Origin: Aciduliprofundum boonei T469
Lineage (GTDB): Archaea > Thermoplasmatota > Thermoplasmata > Thermoplasmatales > Aciduliprofundaceae
Direction: 5' to 3'
Assembly: GCF_000025665.1 (NCBI RefSeq)
Contig: NC_013926.1
Coordinates: 240,001-272,000 of the forward strand
DNA length: 32,000 bases
The notes under the pieces: generated by a model
The model's input: only the letters and a program-made list of their open reading frames with translations
Database searches by the model: none
What the model was told of the DNA's origin: nothing
Shown here: in pieces, positions 1 through 8,990 of the stretch
How the letters are laid out: each line of letters starts with the position of its first letter
Position numbering within the stretch: the first letter of the stretch is position 1
Translations under genes and position numbers: made by a program

Positions 1-1
1 T

Positions 2-1294
2 TATTTTCGAGAGCCTATAAACTCAAAATGGAGACGCGCTAAAGCGCTCTGGAACTACCTTAGTAATTATGGATACAGAGTGGGCACTGTCAATATACCG
101 ATCACCTATCCTGCAGAGCGCGTGAACGGGTTTATGGTAGGTGGAATGATGAGCCCCAGCGTAGATGCTCCCGGATTCACATATCCCGCCAATCTTCTAA
201 AAGACTATCCCAAGCTCAAAGAGTACAGAATAGATATAGAGGGTGCCAAGCACTTAGATAGAGATAAGTTCATCTACGAGGTAAACAAAACCATCGAAGA
301 GAGGTTCGATCTTTTCAGGTACTTGATAATAAAGAAAGATATTGACCTGTTCTTTGGAGTGTTTACATCTTCAGATAGGTTCTCTCACTATATGTGGCAT
401 TTCTTTGATCAAAATCATCCCTACAGAAAGCACGAGAGTGAAGAAGATCTGAAAAAATACAAAAATTCTCTGCTAGAGCTTTATCAAAAGCTAGATGAGT
501 ATTTGGGTGAGCTCATCTCCGAGTTCGGACCTGACAATGTTATGGTAGTATCTGACCATGGTTTTGCCTCTATATACAAGTACTTTGAGTTCAATAAATG
601 GCTGTATTTGAAAGGATACTTAAAATTCAAGCCCAAGAGTGAGTGGAAAGAGTTCAAGCATGGCAAGCTCAATCCCAAGAGAACCTACATTTACGGCAAG
701 GTAGATTGGAGCGAGACTCAAGCGTACATGATCGGCAAGAGGGGGTCAGTTTACATAAATTTAGAGGGTAGAGAACCCCACGGAGTGGTAAAGAAGGAAG
801 AGTACGAAGATCTGGTAGAAGAATTGATCAAAGAGATAAAGAAGATAAAGGATCCAGAGACTGGTGAGTACATAGTGCAAGATGCTTTGCCCAGAGATGA
901 GATATTCTCAGGTCCCTACTTGAACGAAGCTCCAGACATACTCACATTCTTCAAAGACAAGTACGCCTCCATAGGGTACATTGTTGATCTAAATTCTGAG
1001 GATTTGTTCATAGTTAATGACCGACCCGATTTAGAACTTGAGCTAGGTATAGAGAGATATGCGGGCATATTCGTTGCGTCTGGCTTAGATTATAGACATA
1101 CAAACGTGAATGCATGGATTGGAGATGTTACACCTACCATCTTGCACACCTACGGCATACCAAGAGATCCAGACATGGACGGAAAGGTGCTAGATATATT
1201 TGCAGAAGATTTCGTGTTCAAAGAGAGGAAGGCTGAGTTGAGTAAGAAAGAGAAGAGCATTATTGCAAAACTCAAAAAACTTGGCAAAATTTAA
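2..1294 (+). CDS. Alkaline-phosphatase-superfamily enzyme (type I phosphodiesterase/nucleotide pyrophosphatase-like), 5' end outside the window
   Basis: The frame stays open from base 2 up to the GTG listed at 80 (YFREPINSKWRRAKALWNYLSNYGYR precedes it), so the gene starts left of the window. VMVVSDHGF and GDVTPTILHTYGIP are typical of this metal-dependent phosphodiesterase family. Confidence 0.75.
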   Translation, partial: YFREPINSKWRRAKALWNYLSNYGYRVGTVNIPITYPAERVNGFMVGGMMSPSVDAPGFTYPANLLKDYPKLKEYRIDIEGAKHLDRDKFIYEVNKTIEERFDLFRYLIIKKDIDLFFGVFTSSDRFSHYMWHFFDQNHPYRKHESEEDLKKYKNSLLELYQKLDEYLGELISEFGPDNVMVVSDHGFASIYKYFEFNKWLYLKGYLKFKPKSEWKEFKHGKLNPKRTYIYGKVDWSETQAYMIGKRGSVYINLEGREPHGVVKKEEYEDLVEELIKEIKKIKDPETGEYIVQDALPRDEIFSGPYLNEAPDILTFFKDKYASIGYIVDLNSEDLFIVNDRPDLELELGIERYAGIFVASGLDYRHTNVNAWIGDVTPTILHTYGIPRDPDMDGKVLDIFAEDFVFKERKAELSKKEKSIIAKLKKLGKI

Positions 1295-1986
1295 AGATTT
1301 TTCAATATCTCTCTCGTATTTTTTATACCCACATTGAATAGCATGTCCAGAATAGAGAGATTTGGAACGAAATCTCCAAACCTTTGAGGATATACAGGAT
1401 GCTCAAATTCCTGATACACAAGCTTTATGCCGTTCTTTTCAAACACTTTAGGATCTTGATACCTCATAGCTCCCTTGCCTGAAAAATACACGGTTGCGCC
1501 CACCTTCTTGCAGAGCTCTATAATCATATCCATCTTCTTACCTTGTAGCTCTAAAGTGCTGGATCTGATAAATTTGCGATTAATATCCAGCATATTAACT
1601 ATTCTCATAATTATCTCTATGTTAAATTCTGCCAAGCTCTCCCATCGTAACTCATACACCTCTCGCAGTATAGGATAAACCTCTTCAAAGTATGGAGCTT
1701 TGGCATAGAAAGCTTTTAGGGTATCTGCATGTTTTTTATTCCATTTCTTGGTATTATCAATATGCACGTCCATTATTCTCATAGTTCCGTGCACTCTAAC
1801 AGGTACCGTGAGCCACACAGCACCTTTAGGACCTTTTACTCTGTTTCTATTTATGAATCCTCTACGACTAAACTGCACATGGTCAAGGATAATAAAAACA
1901 TCACTTTTTAAAATCTTATGAAAATACCCAATCCATGGAAGATAATTAGGCTGATGTGCCGCCACTATCTTATCCAAGTCAAACAC
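1291..1986 (-). CDS. WbqC-family protein (glycan-cluster protein of unknown biochemical role)
   Basis: AAHQPNYLPWIGYFHKI...DHVQFSRRGFINRNRV...WLTVPV matches the WbqC-like N-terminal signature. The start is uncertain. GTG at 1986 lies 1 nt after the upstream stop, whereas ATG at 2025 or the ORF-track start at 2046 would overlap the upstream gene by 38-59 nt. Confidence 0.7.
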   Translation of the reverse strand: MFDLDKIVAAHQPNYLPWIGYFHKILKSDVFIILDHVQFSRRGFINRNRVKGPKGAVWLTVPVRVHGTMRIMDVHIDNTKKWNKKHADTLKAFYAKAPYFEEVYPILREVYELRWESLAEFNIEIIMRIVNMLDINRKFIRSSTLELQGKKMDMIIELCKKVGATVYFSGKGAMRYQDPKVFEKNGIKLVYQEFEHPVYPQRFGDFVPNLSILDMLFNVGIKNTREILKNL

Positions 1987-1987
1987 C

Positions 1988-2611
1988 TCAATACTGCCAG
2001 TGCAAAACTTCAAAAGCTTCTGCATAGTTACTATTGCACTGCACACCTCTAAAGATGAGTTGTGCTCTCAAAAACTCAGGATTGAAATATCTTCTATTAA
2101 GCAACTTCTGGCTCTCGTATCTATCTAAAGCTTCAATCTTATTTTTTACATCCCCTTCTTTAACCTTGATATAATAATTTGGCATAAATTTAGTGGTATT
2201 CCAAGGCAGTTCATAGCTCAAAATGTTGCTTCTTCTGTTAAATGCTCTATATCCTTCTATAGCCGCAACCTGATGATCTTGATGTATATCACTCAAGGAT
2301 GGTATAAGCACAATATCAGGGTTAATCTCATCTCTTATTTTTATAAGCCTATCAAGTATCTCTTGCCTATACTTGTAAATTTCTCTCACAGGATACTCAT
2401 CAACTCTGTAATCTCTTACACCTAAAACCTTCATCGAAGCTTTAAACTCGTTAATTCTATCCCTAATCGGAAAGTTTTCTGGAAACTTCTCCTTGGTTAT
2501 TAAAAGATACACAGTAACTTCATGTCCTTCCCTTATAAATCTAGAGATGGATGATCCAGCTCCAAGCTCCGCATCATCGGCATGAGGAGATATAACTAGT
2601 ATTCTCATCAT
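1988..2611 (-). CDS. PIG-L/LmbE-family de-N-acetylase
   Basis: MMRILVISPHADDAELGAGS and the later HQDH motif form the PIG-L/LmbE zinc-deacetylase signature. The start overlaps the upstream stop as ATGA (2608-2611). Confidence 0.85.
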   Translation of the reverse strand: MMRILVISPHADDAELGAGSSISRFIREGHEVTVYLLITKEKFPENFPIRDRINEFKASMKVLGVRDYRVDEYPVREIYKYRQEILDRLIKIRDEINPDIVLIPSLSDIHQDHQVAAIEGYRAFNRRSNILSYELPWNTTKFMPNYYIKVKEGDVKNKIEALDRYESQKLLNRRYFNPEFLRAQLIFRGVQCNSNYAEAFEVLHWQY

Positions 2612-3969
2612 ATCTCACCTCTAGGCTTACCTATACAAAGATATGTATGCTTTTTTCTTATCTCTCTCGTATCAAGAGAGTTCCGTCCATCCACAACAAC
2701 TACGCTCTTCTCAAGTTTCGGCAAGAGCTCTTTAAGCTGCGTTACCAATGCTTTGTGGTTAGTCGCTAGCACAATAGCATCGTAATGCATAAGTTCTTTT
2801 ATCCCTATACTCTTCAATCCTTGGAACTCTTTACCTTTAATATAAATTCTATCAATATAAGGATCATAAAACTGTACTTTTGCTCCAGAATACTCAAGCT
2901 CTTCAATTATATCAAAGGCTGGAGATTCTCTGGAATCATTCACTTCAGGTTTGTACGCCACACCTGCAACGAGAACATTTGAATCTCTTAGCTCTTTACC
3001 AAATTTGCGAAGTCCATACTCTACAAGATTAACCATATGTAGGGGCATAATTGTGTTTATCTTCCTCGCCATCTCTATAAAATTAGAATCTAAATCGTAC
3101 CTTCTAATCTTGTAGAGCAAGAATAGAGGATCCACTGGTATGCAATGACCACCTATTCCGGGACCTGGATAATGGGGCATGAATCCAATGGGCTTAGAAG
3201 ATGCTCCTTTTATAACTTCCCATATATCTATACCCATATTTTCAAAAACCATTGCAAGCTCATTTACGAGGGATATGTTGATGAATCTAAATGTGTTTTC
3301 AAGTACTTTCACAGCCTCTGCAGTCTTGCAGTTGCTCACCTTTATTACAGGAGCTTCTAATACGGATGAGTAGAGAATATAAGCCAGTTCTGTTGACTCA
3401 TTATCCATACCTCCAACAACCTTAGGCATCTTCTCCACACTGTACTCTTTGTTTCCCGGTGTGACGCGTTCTGGAGAAAACACCACTCCAAAATTCGTAC
3501 CCGCTTTAAGCCCAGAAGTTTCTAAGATAGGAATCACTACCTCTCTAGTTGCTCCAGGATATACCGTGCTCTCTAAGACTACAAGCTTACCACTCTTAAG
3601 ATGCTTGGCTACAGTTTGAGATGCAGAGATCACATAGTCCATGTTGGGAGAGCCATCCACATGCACTGGAGTAGGTACCGTGATGAATATGGCATCTGCC
3701 TTATCTAAAATATTATCATCTGCTGAAGGATAAAAGCTCTTGTGTAAAAATTTTATAAGATCTTCAGAGCTCACATCCACTATATAGCTTTGAGCTTTAT
3801 TGAGCATACCAATCTTGTTTTTATCCACATCAAACCCATAAACTTCGTACTTCTTTGCAAAAGCTAGAGCCAGAGGTAATCCCACATATCCCAGCCCAAC
3901 AATGGCTATTTTCAAATTATTATCTTGGAGTTTCTTATAGAACATTTTTGTCCAATCTTTTTCAAACAT
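2608..3969 (-). CDS. Nucleotide-sugar 6-dehydrogenase (UDP-N-acetylhexosamine dehydrogenase-like)
   Basis: N-terminal Rossmann motif IAIVGLGYVGLPLALAF and catalytic-Cys motif GGHCIPVDP. At 453 aa it fits the UDP-glucose/GDP-mannose dehydrogenase family. Confidence 0.9.
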   Translation of the reverse strand: MFEKDWTKMFYKKLQDNNLKIAIVGLGYVGLPLALAFAKKYEVYGFDVDKNKIGMLNKAQSYIVDVSSEDLIKFLHKSFYPSADDNILDKADAIFITVPTPVHVDGSPNMDYVISASQTVAKHLKSGKLVVLESTVYPGATREVVIPILETSGLKAGTNFGVVFSPERVTPGNKEYSVEKMPKVVGGMDNESTELAYILYSSVLEAPVIKVSNCKTAEAVKVLENTFRFINISLVNELAMVFENMGIDIWEVIKGASSKPIGFMPHYPGPGIGGHCIPVDPLFLLYKIRRYDLDSNFIEMARKINTIMPLHMVNLVEYGLRKFGKELRDSNVLVAGVAYKPEVNDSRESPAFDIIEELEYSGAKVQFYDPYIDRIYIKGKEFQGLKSIGIKELMHYDAIVLATNHKALVTQLKELLPKLEKSVVVVDGRNSLDTREIRKKHTYLCIGKPRGEI

Positions 3970-4006
3970 AGTTGTTGTGATTATTAGTAAATATAAAATC
4001 TTTGTG

Positions 4007-5134
4007 TTATTTTAAAGATTTATAAAGCCTTATCAATCTATCGCTCATAATGTTCCAATTGTACTTTTTCTCTGCACATACTCTAGCATTTTTTGCGTAT
4101 TTTTTGTATAATTCTTTATCTTTCATGAGCTTGTTTATAGAATTCACAAGGCAACCAACATCTCCATAATCGCAAAGCAATCCAGCATTACACTCTCTAA
4201 CTATTTTTCCACCCTCCGTGTTGGTACCTGCAATCAAAGGCTTGCCCGCAGCCAAACCCTCCATTATCTTATTTGCAACTGCTACTCGTGTGTACAATTT
4301 GGCACTATTTGATGGTAATACTACCAGATCAGAAGCAAGTGTGTAGAGAGGTATGTATTTCTTGTTTACCCAACCAACATACTCAATGTTCTTTGCGTCC
4401 TTAATCATCCCTATAATCTCATTTTCATGAGGTCCTTTACCACCAACTATAAGCTTTACCTCGGGCAATTTCTTAACCGCTTGGATAATCTGGGGTAGGG
4501 GAGTCCATAGCTTAAGTATGCCTATGTACACGATCAAAAACTTTCCTTCAGGGTTGATCTTGGCTCTGAACTGTTGAACTTTAGCTTGGGTTAAGGTGTA
4601 ATCTTTCAAGTTCTTTGCATTGAGTACTATCTCGAAAGGTAAAGTATCTAACTCTCGAGCTATTGCTTTGGAGGCTGCAATTCTAGCATCTGTGAATTTA
4701 AGCAGGTACTTTTCAAGCTTGAAAATAATAGAGGGAATAAGAGTAGGCAACACATCAGCAATCATAGAAGAATAGTGATCGTGAGCATCATACACAACCT
4801 TCCAGCCGTGCAACTTTTTAAGCATAATTGCAAGGGGTAAAGTGTCAAAATCGTTCGCGTGCACAATGTCAAATTTCTCTTTTTTAAGGATATTCAAAGA
4901 AGCAAGGTAGAATTTCACTATGCCCTTGACAAAATCGCCTGGGGTACCGTAGCTAGAAGGTATGTTTATTCTTCTCACTCTTATTCCATCCAGGATTTCG
5001 CTCTCTGGATAATTTTCTCCACGATTCCAGCAGAGAATGGTCACATCGTAACCCGCCTCTACAAGAACTTTAGCCTCTTCGTGAACCCTCGGATCCGGAC
5101 GAAATGGGTTGGTCAGAAGCATCAGAACTCTCAT
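4007..5134 (-). CDS. GT-B fold glycosyltransferase (GT4-like)
   Basis: The N-terminus MRVLMLLTNPFRPDPRVHEEAKVLVEAGYDV and the C-terminal nucleotide-sugar-binding half (GKGP...MEGLAAGKPLIAG) are typical of group 1 glycosyltransferases. Confidence 0.85.
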   Translation of the reverse strand: MRVLMLLTNPFRPDPRVHEEAKVLVEAGYDVTILCWNRGENYPESEILDGIRVRRINIPSSYGTPGDFVKGIVKFYLASLNILKKEKFDIVHANDFDTLPLAIMLKKLHGWKVVYDAHDHYSSMIADVLPTLIPSIIFKLEKYLLKFTDARIAASKAIARELDTLPFEIVLNAKNLKDYTLTQAKVQQFRAKINPEGKFLIVYIGILKLWTPLPQIIQAVKKLPEVKLIVGGKGPHENEIIGMIKDAKNIEYVGWVNKKYIPLYTLASDLVVLPSNSAKLYTRVAVANKIMEGLAAGKPLIAGTNTEGGKIVRECNAGLLCDYGDVGCLVNSINKLMKDKELYKKYAKNARVCAEKKYNWNIMSDRLIRLYKSLK

Positions 5135-5709
5135 CTGTAGGAGTAATGTGTTTAAGGGTATAAAATAAATTATTCGTTGTTCGTCGAAGATAAATTATAT
5201 ATATCAACGAAGCATGGTTGTTTCTGGTGAATAATATGGACAAAAAGGACAAAACTCTGGAAGAGATATACAGAGAGCACGATAATGGGGACTAATTTTT
5301 CTCTCCTATTTTCTCTCTTTAAGAACTTGTCCTTTAAATTACTCATCTTCTAAAAGTTCTAAAAATTTCTCTTTCGTGATACATGCCTTATTATTTTCAC
5401 TAACCATCCTCATCCATTTCAATTAACACAGTATATTCATTAGAGCTCATAATTTACTTATTGCTTTTTCATATTTTTAACTTTTCCTAAAGTATTTGAA
5501 AAATTTATAAACGCTTTGCGTGCAGGATTATTGTCTCTGCAACCTTCTCTCTATCTTTGCAAGTTATCATGGGATGAACAGGTATGGATATCCCTCCCTT
5601 GGTCCGCTCCAGAAGGTTCATCTTGAAACACCCTTTTAGGAAATTTGCAAGAGAGTTATTTAAAAGTAAATATTGCCTTTTTAGGATTTTAGATATCTAA
5701 CAATAAAAA

Positions 5710-5717
5710 TTATATAA
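5710..5717 (+). promoter_or_regulatory. TATA-like box placed for a leaderless transcript of the phosphosugar transferase gene
   Basis: TTATATAA is centred about 26 nt upstream of the ATG at 5740, and no SD-like sequence lies between them. Confidence 0.4.
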
Positions 5718-5739
5718 TTTTTAGAGATTTCCTCTCATA

Positions 5740-6756
5740 ATGCTTGAACTTGTTATCTTGGGACTAGCTCTACTCCTCACATTATTATTTACATATTTAT
5801 TTACACAGCTTTGGATTAGGACTGCTAAAAAATTTAGATTAATGGGAAAGGACATGAACAAGTATGACCACCCCGAAATTGCAGAGGCTGGTGGTATTGG
5901 AGTTATAATAGGAATAACCATTGGAATATTCATTTATCTATTCTTGAAAGCTCTGTTCGGTTCTGATACCCATCTTGCTGAAATCTATGCAACTCTTTCT
6001 GCCGTTATTTTGGCAGGATTGATAGGATTCAGCGATGATATTCTGGGATGGAAAGAGGGTATACCTCAAAGATACAAGCCTATTCTTACAACAATCTTAG
6101 CATTGCCGTTTATGACTCTAACCCTGATCCATCCATACTACAACTCTTTCGAGAGTTGGAGAGTGCCTCTCTGGATGTACTCACTCCTATTCGTGCCCAT
6201 TGCAATTATTGGTACTTCTAATGCCATAAATATGGTAGCTGGTTACAATGGATTAGAGGCAGGATTGTCATCCATAATACTCCTAACTATGGCAATAAAA
6301 GCCTACAGTATGAGTGAACTTTGGATATCTTACATGGCACTTCTAGCGGTAGCGGCACTCATAGGATTCTTGGCATTTAATTGGTATCCTGCAAAGGTGT
6401 TTCCTGGAGATTCACTGACATATCCAATAGGCACATACATAGGCGCCCTAGCCATTCTAGGAAATATGGAGCTATTTGGAGCACTATTGTTTCCTTTGTA
6501 TTATACTAAACTTATTCTTTATATAAAGGCGAAAAAAATAGATAAAGTCGGGGATATAGAAGAATTTGGAGTACCTGATAAAAACAATCATCTTAAAATG
6601 CCAAATAAGAAAATATATGGTGTTACACATCTAGCAATTCTAATACAGAAGAAAATTAGAGGGTTTGCTACGGAGAGGGGTGTGGTTATTACCTTGTTGT
6701 CTATTCAAACATTGATCTCGTTAATAGTACTGTGCATTTTCTATTTCATATCTTAA
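5740..6756 (+). CDS. Polyprenyl/dolichyl-phosphate N-acetylhexosamine-1-phosphate transferase (MraY/WecA/AglH family)
   Basis: Polytopic membrane protein carrying the family motifs FSDDILGWK, NAINMVAGYNGLEAG and FPGDSLTY. Confidence 0.85.
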   Translation: MLELVILGLALLLTLLFTYLFTQLWIRTAKKFRLMGKDMNKYDHPEIAEAGGIGVIIGITIGIFIYLFLKALFGSDTHLAEIYATLSAVILAGLIGFSDDILGWKEGIPQRYKPILTTILALPFMTLTLIHPYYNSFESWRVPLWMYSLLFVPIAIIGTSNAINMVAGYNGLEAGLSSIILLTMAIKAYSMSELWISYMALLAVAALIGFLAFNWYPAKVFPGDSLTYPIGTYIGALAILGNMELFGALLFPLYYTKLILYIKAKKIDKVGDIEEFGVPDKNNHLKMPNKKIYGVTHLAILIQKKIRGFATERGVVITLLSIQTLISLIVLCIFYFIS

Positions 6757-6801
6757 TACCTAATTCATAACCAAAACATAATATATTTTATTTTCATATC
6801 A

Positions 6802-7935
6802 GTGGACACAATGAGTAATGATCACAAAAAATTGACAGTTGCATTTTTTGGTGCAAAAACATATCCTCCAGAAATAGGAGGCATTGAAACACATATCTAT
6901 AATCTATCCCAAGAGTTTCAAAAAATAAATATTAAATTGATTGTTTTCACTGGGAAAAATAACGCAAAGAAGTATGAAAGAGTTAATGAAAATTTAGAAA
7001 TTTATAGAGTTCCTCATCTTAAAAATAGATATTTGCTAAAATTGAGTATGGTCTTTGCCACGCTCCGATATTTGAAAATTTTAAAAAATGAAATAGATGT
7101 TTATCATGCTCACGATCCGATGTTTGGTTTCTTCTTACAAATCCTTGGATTTAAGCCCATAGTATATACCGCTCATGGATGTGGATTTCTTAGAGATGAC
7201 TGGCCATTTCCTATTAAACAATTTTTAAAATTTATGGAGATATCCATCTTCAAACGTGCTGATGCAGTAATATGCGTGGATTATAAAACTAATGAAGTGG
7301 TGAAGAAATATAGAAAAGGTGTAACTTTTGTAATACCTAATGGAGTAAGACCAGAAATATTTAAAAATCTTGATAGATCCTCCGAGTATCCATCAGATAA
7401 GATTATAATATTTTCATCTGGAAGATTAATACCAAGTAAGGGCTTCCAAGATTTGATAGATGCTTATCTATTACTTCCTAAAGATGTTAAAGATAAAGCT
7501 GAGCTTTTTATAGCAGGTAAGGGTCCAATGCTGGAGAAACTTAGAAACAAGGTCTCCGTAGATAAAAGAATCCACATCCTAGGATATGTGCCTAAGATTG
7601 AGCCCTATTTTGCTCATGCCGATATTTTTGTTTTACCTTCACACTATGAGGGATTTCCGTTTACCCTTCTTGAGGCAATGGGTGCTAAAACCGCATGCAT
7701 CTCTACAGATGTGGGAGACATAGCTCAGAGATTTCATAATGATAAAGAGATCATACTTGTAAATAAGAGAGATATTAAAATGCTTTCACAACAGATGGAG
7801 AGGTTGATATTGGATAGTAATCTTAGAATCCAACTAGCAGAAAATGCTTCTAAGAAAATAATTAGTGAATATCAATGGAGTAATATTGCAAAAGAAATAA
7901 AAGATATATATATTTCAGTGCACCGAAAACAATAA
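6802..7935 (+). CDS. GT4-like glycosyltransferase
   Basis: GGIETHIYNL near the N-terminus and the E-x7-E region PSHYEGFPFTLLEAMGA. The ORF-track start is GTG 6802; the ATG at 6811 is an equally plausible start. Confidence 0.85.
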   Translation: MDTMSNDHKKLTVAFFGAKTYPPEIGGIETHIYNLSQEFQKINIKLIVFTGKNNAKKYERVNENLEIYRVPHLKNRYLLKLSMVFATLRYLKILKNEIDVYHAHDPMFGFFLQILGFKPIVYTAHGCGFLRDDWPFPIKQFLKFMEISIFKRADAVICVDYKTNEVVKKYRKGVTFVIPNGVRPEIFKNLDRSSEYPSDKIIIFSSGRLIPSKGFQDLIDAYLLLPKDVKDKAELFIAGKGPMLEKLRNKVSVDKRIHILGYVPKIEPYFAHADIFVLPSHYEGFPFTLLEAMGAKTACISTDVGDIAQRFHNDKEIILVNKRDIKMLSQQMERLILDSNLRIQLAENASKKIISEYQWSNIAKEIKDIYISVHRKQ

Positions 7936-7961
7936 ATAAACACTTTATTTACCTTATTTCT

Positions 7962-8990
7962 ATGAGTTACACTGTAAAGGACCCTCCTGAGGGCATAGTA
8001 GCAGTCACCTATAGGTGTAATGCAAGATGTTATATGTGTAACATATGGAAACATCCCTCAGATCCCAAGGATGAAATCAAAGCTGATGACTTAGTCTCTT
8101 TACCTGGTGATAAAAAGAAGATGAGATCATTAAATATCACTGGTGGGGAACCTTTTATTAGAACTGATTTGGGAGATATCATTAGCGTTCTTCGTCCTAA
8201 AACAAAGAGACTTGTAATTTCCACAAATGGCTATTTTACAGATAGAATTGTAAAAATAGCTGAGGAGTTTCCAGATATAGGAATAAGAGTTAGTTTAGAG
8301 GGTTTACCCGCTGTTAGCGATAAATTAAGAGGGTTACTTAATGGATTTGATCATGGATTGAGAACCTTACTAAAACTTCATGAGATGGGTTTTAAAGATA
8401 TTGGATTTGGGATTACGGTATCAGATCTAAATCACAAAGATATGCTTGAGCTGTATACTTTAGCTGCAGCTACTGGCTGGGAGTTTGCCACTGCAGTGCT
8501 TCATAACTCTTTCTATTTCCACAAATTTGATAATAAAATAGAGTATCAAAATGAAGTGGCTAAATCTTTTGAGATTCTCATCAATAAATTACTGAAAACT
8601 CATAGAGTTAAAAATTGGTATAGGGCATTTTTCAACTATGGTATTATTAATAGAATTTATGGCAATCCTAGGTTGCTTCCCTGTGGTGCAGGTACTGATC
8701 TGTTCTATGTAGATCCCTACGGAAATGTTAGACCCTGTAATGCTATGGATTTTGTGATAGGCAATATTAAAGAGGAAACTTTCGATAAAATTTGGAGAAG
8801 CGAGAAAGCAAAGGAGATGAGAGAACGTGTTAGAAGTTGTACTATGAATTGCTGGATGATTGGAAGCGCTTCTCCTGCCATAAGAAAGGATCTGTGGAGA
8901 GTTACCAAATGGGTAGTAAAAGCGAAGTTTAATTCATTACTTGGTAAAGAAATAAAATATGAGGATATGGAGAAATGGTGGAAGAAATGA
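7962..8990 (+). CDS. Radical SAM enzyme with a C-terminal SPASM/twitch-like Cys cluster region
   Basis: CX3CX2C motif CNARCYMC near the N-terminus and GGEPF SAM-binding motif. The C-terminal cysteines lie in PCGAG, RPCN and SCTMNCW. Confidence 0.85.
   Translation: MSYTVKDPPEGIVAVTYRCNARCYMCNIWKHPSDPKDEIKADDLVSLPGDKKKMRSLNITGGEPFIRTDLGDIISVLRPKTKRLVISTNGYFTDRIVKIAEEFPDIGIRVSLEGLPAVSDKLRGLLNGFDHGLRTLLKLHEMGFKDIGFGITVSDLNHKDMLELYTLAAATGWEFATAVLHNSFYFHKFDNKIEYQNEVAKSFEILINKLLKTHRVKNWYRAFFNYGIINRIYGNPRLLPCGAGTDLFYVDPYGNVRPCNAMDFVIGNIKEETFDKIWRSEKAKEMRERVRSCTMNCWMIGSASPAIRKDLWRVTKWVVKAKFNSLLGKEIKYEDMEKWWKK

Noticed and set aside
1291-1294. Convergent genes sharing a TTAA tetranucleotide as both stop codons (also at 23742-23745)
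   Set aside because: It is real in the sequence but is a trivial consequence of TAA stops in a compact AT-rich genome. It is noted only as evidence of tight packing.
5070-5252. 60-aa minus-strand ORF spanning the GT4 start region
   Set aside because: It overlaps the 5' end of the GT4 gene out of frame and has low-complexity content. A different frame (5173-5346) gives a more protein-like small ORF, which is reported separately at low confidence.
5515-5640. Slightly GC-richer patch in the long intergenic region, considered as a possible small RNA (for example C/D box)
   Set aside because: On either strand I could find no convincing C (RUGAUGA) plus D (CUGA) box pair, no tRNA-like arms and no extended stem.
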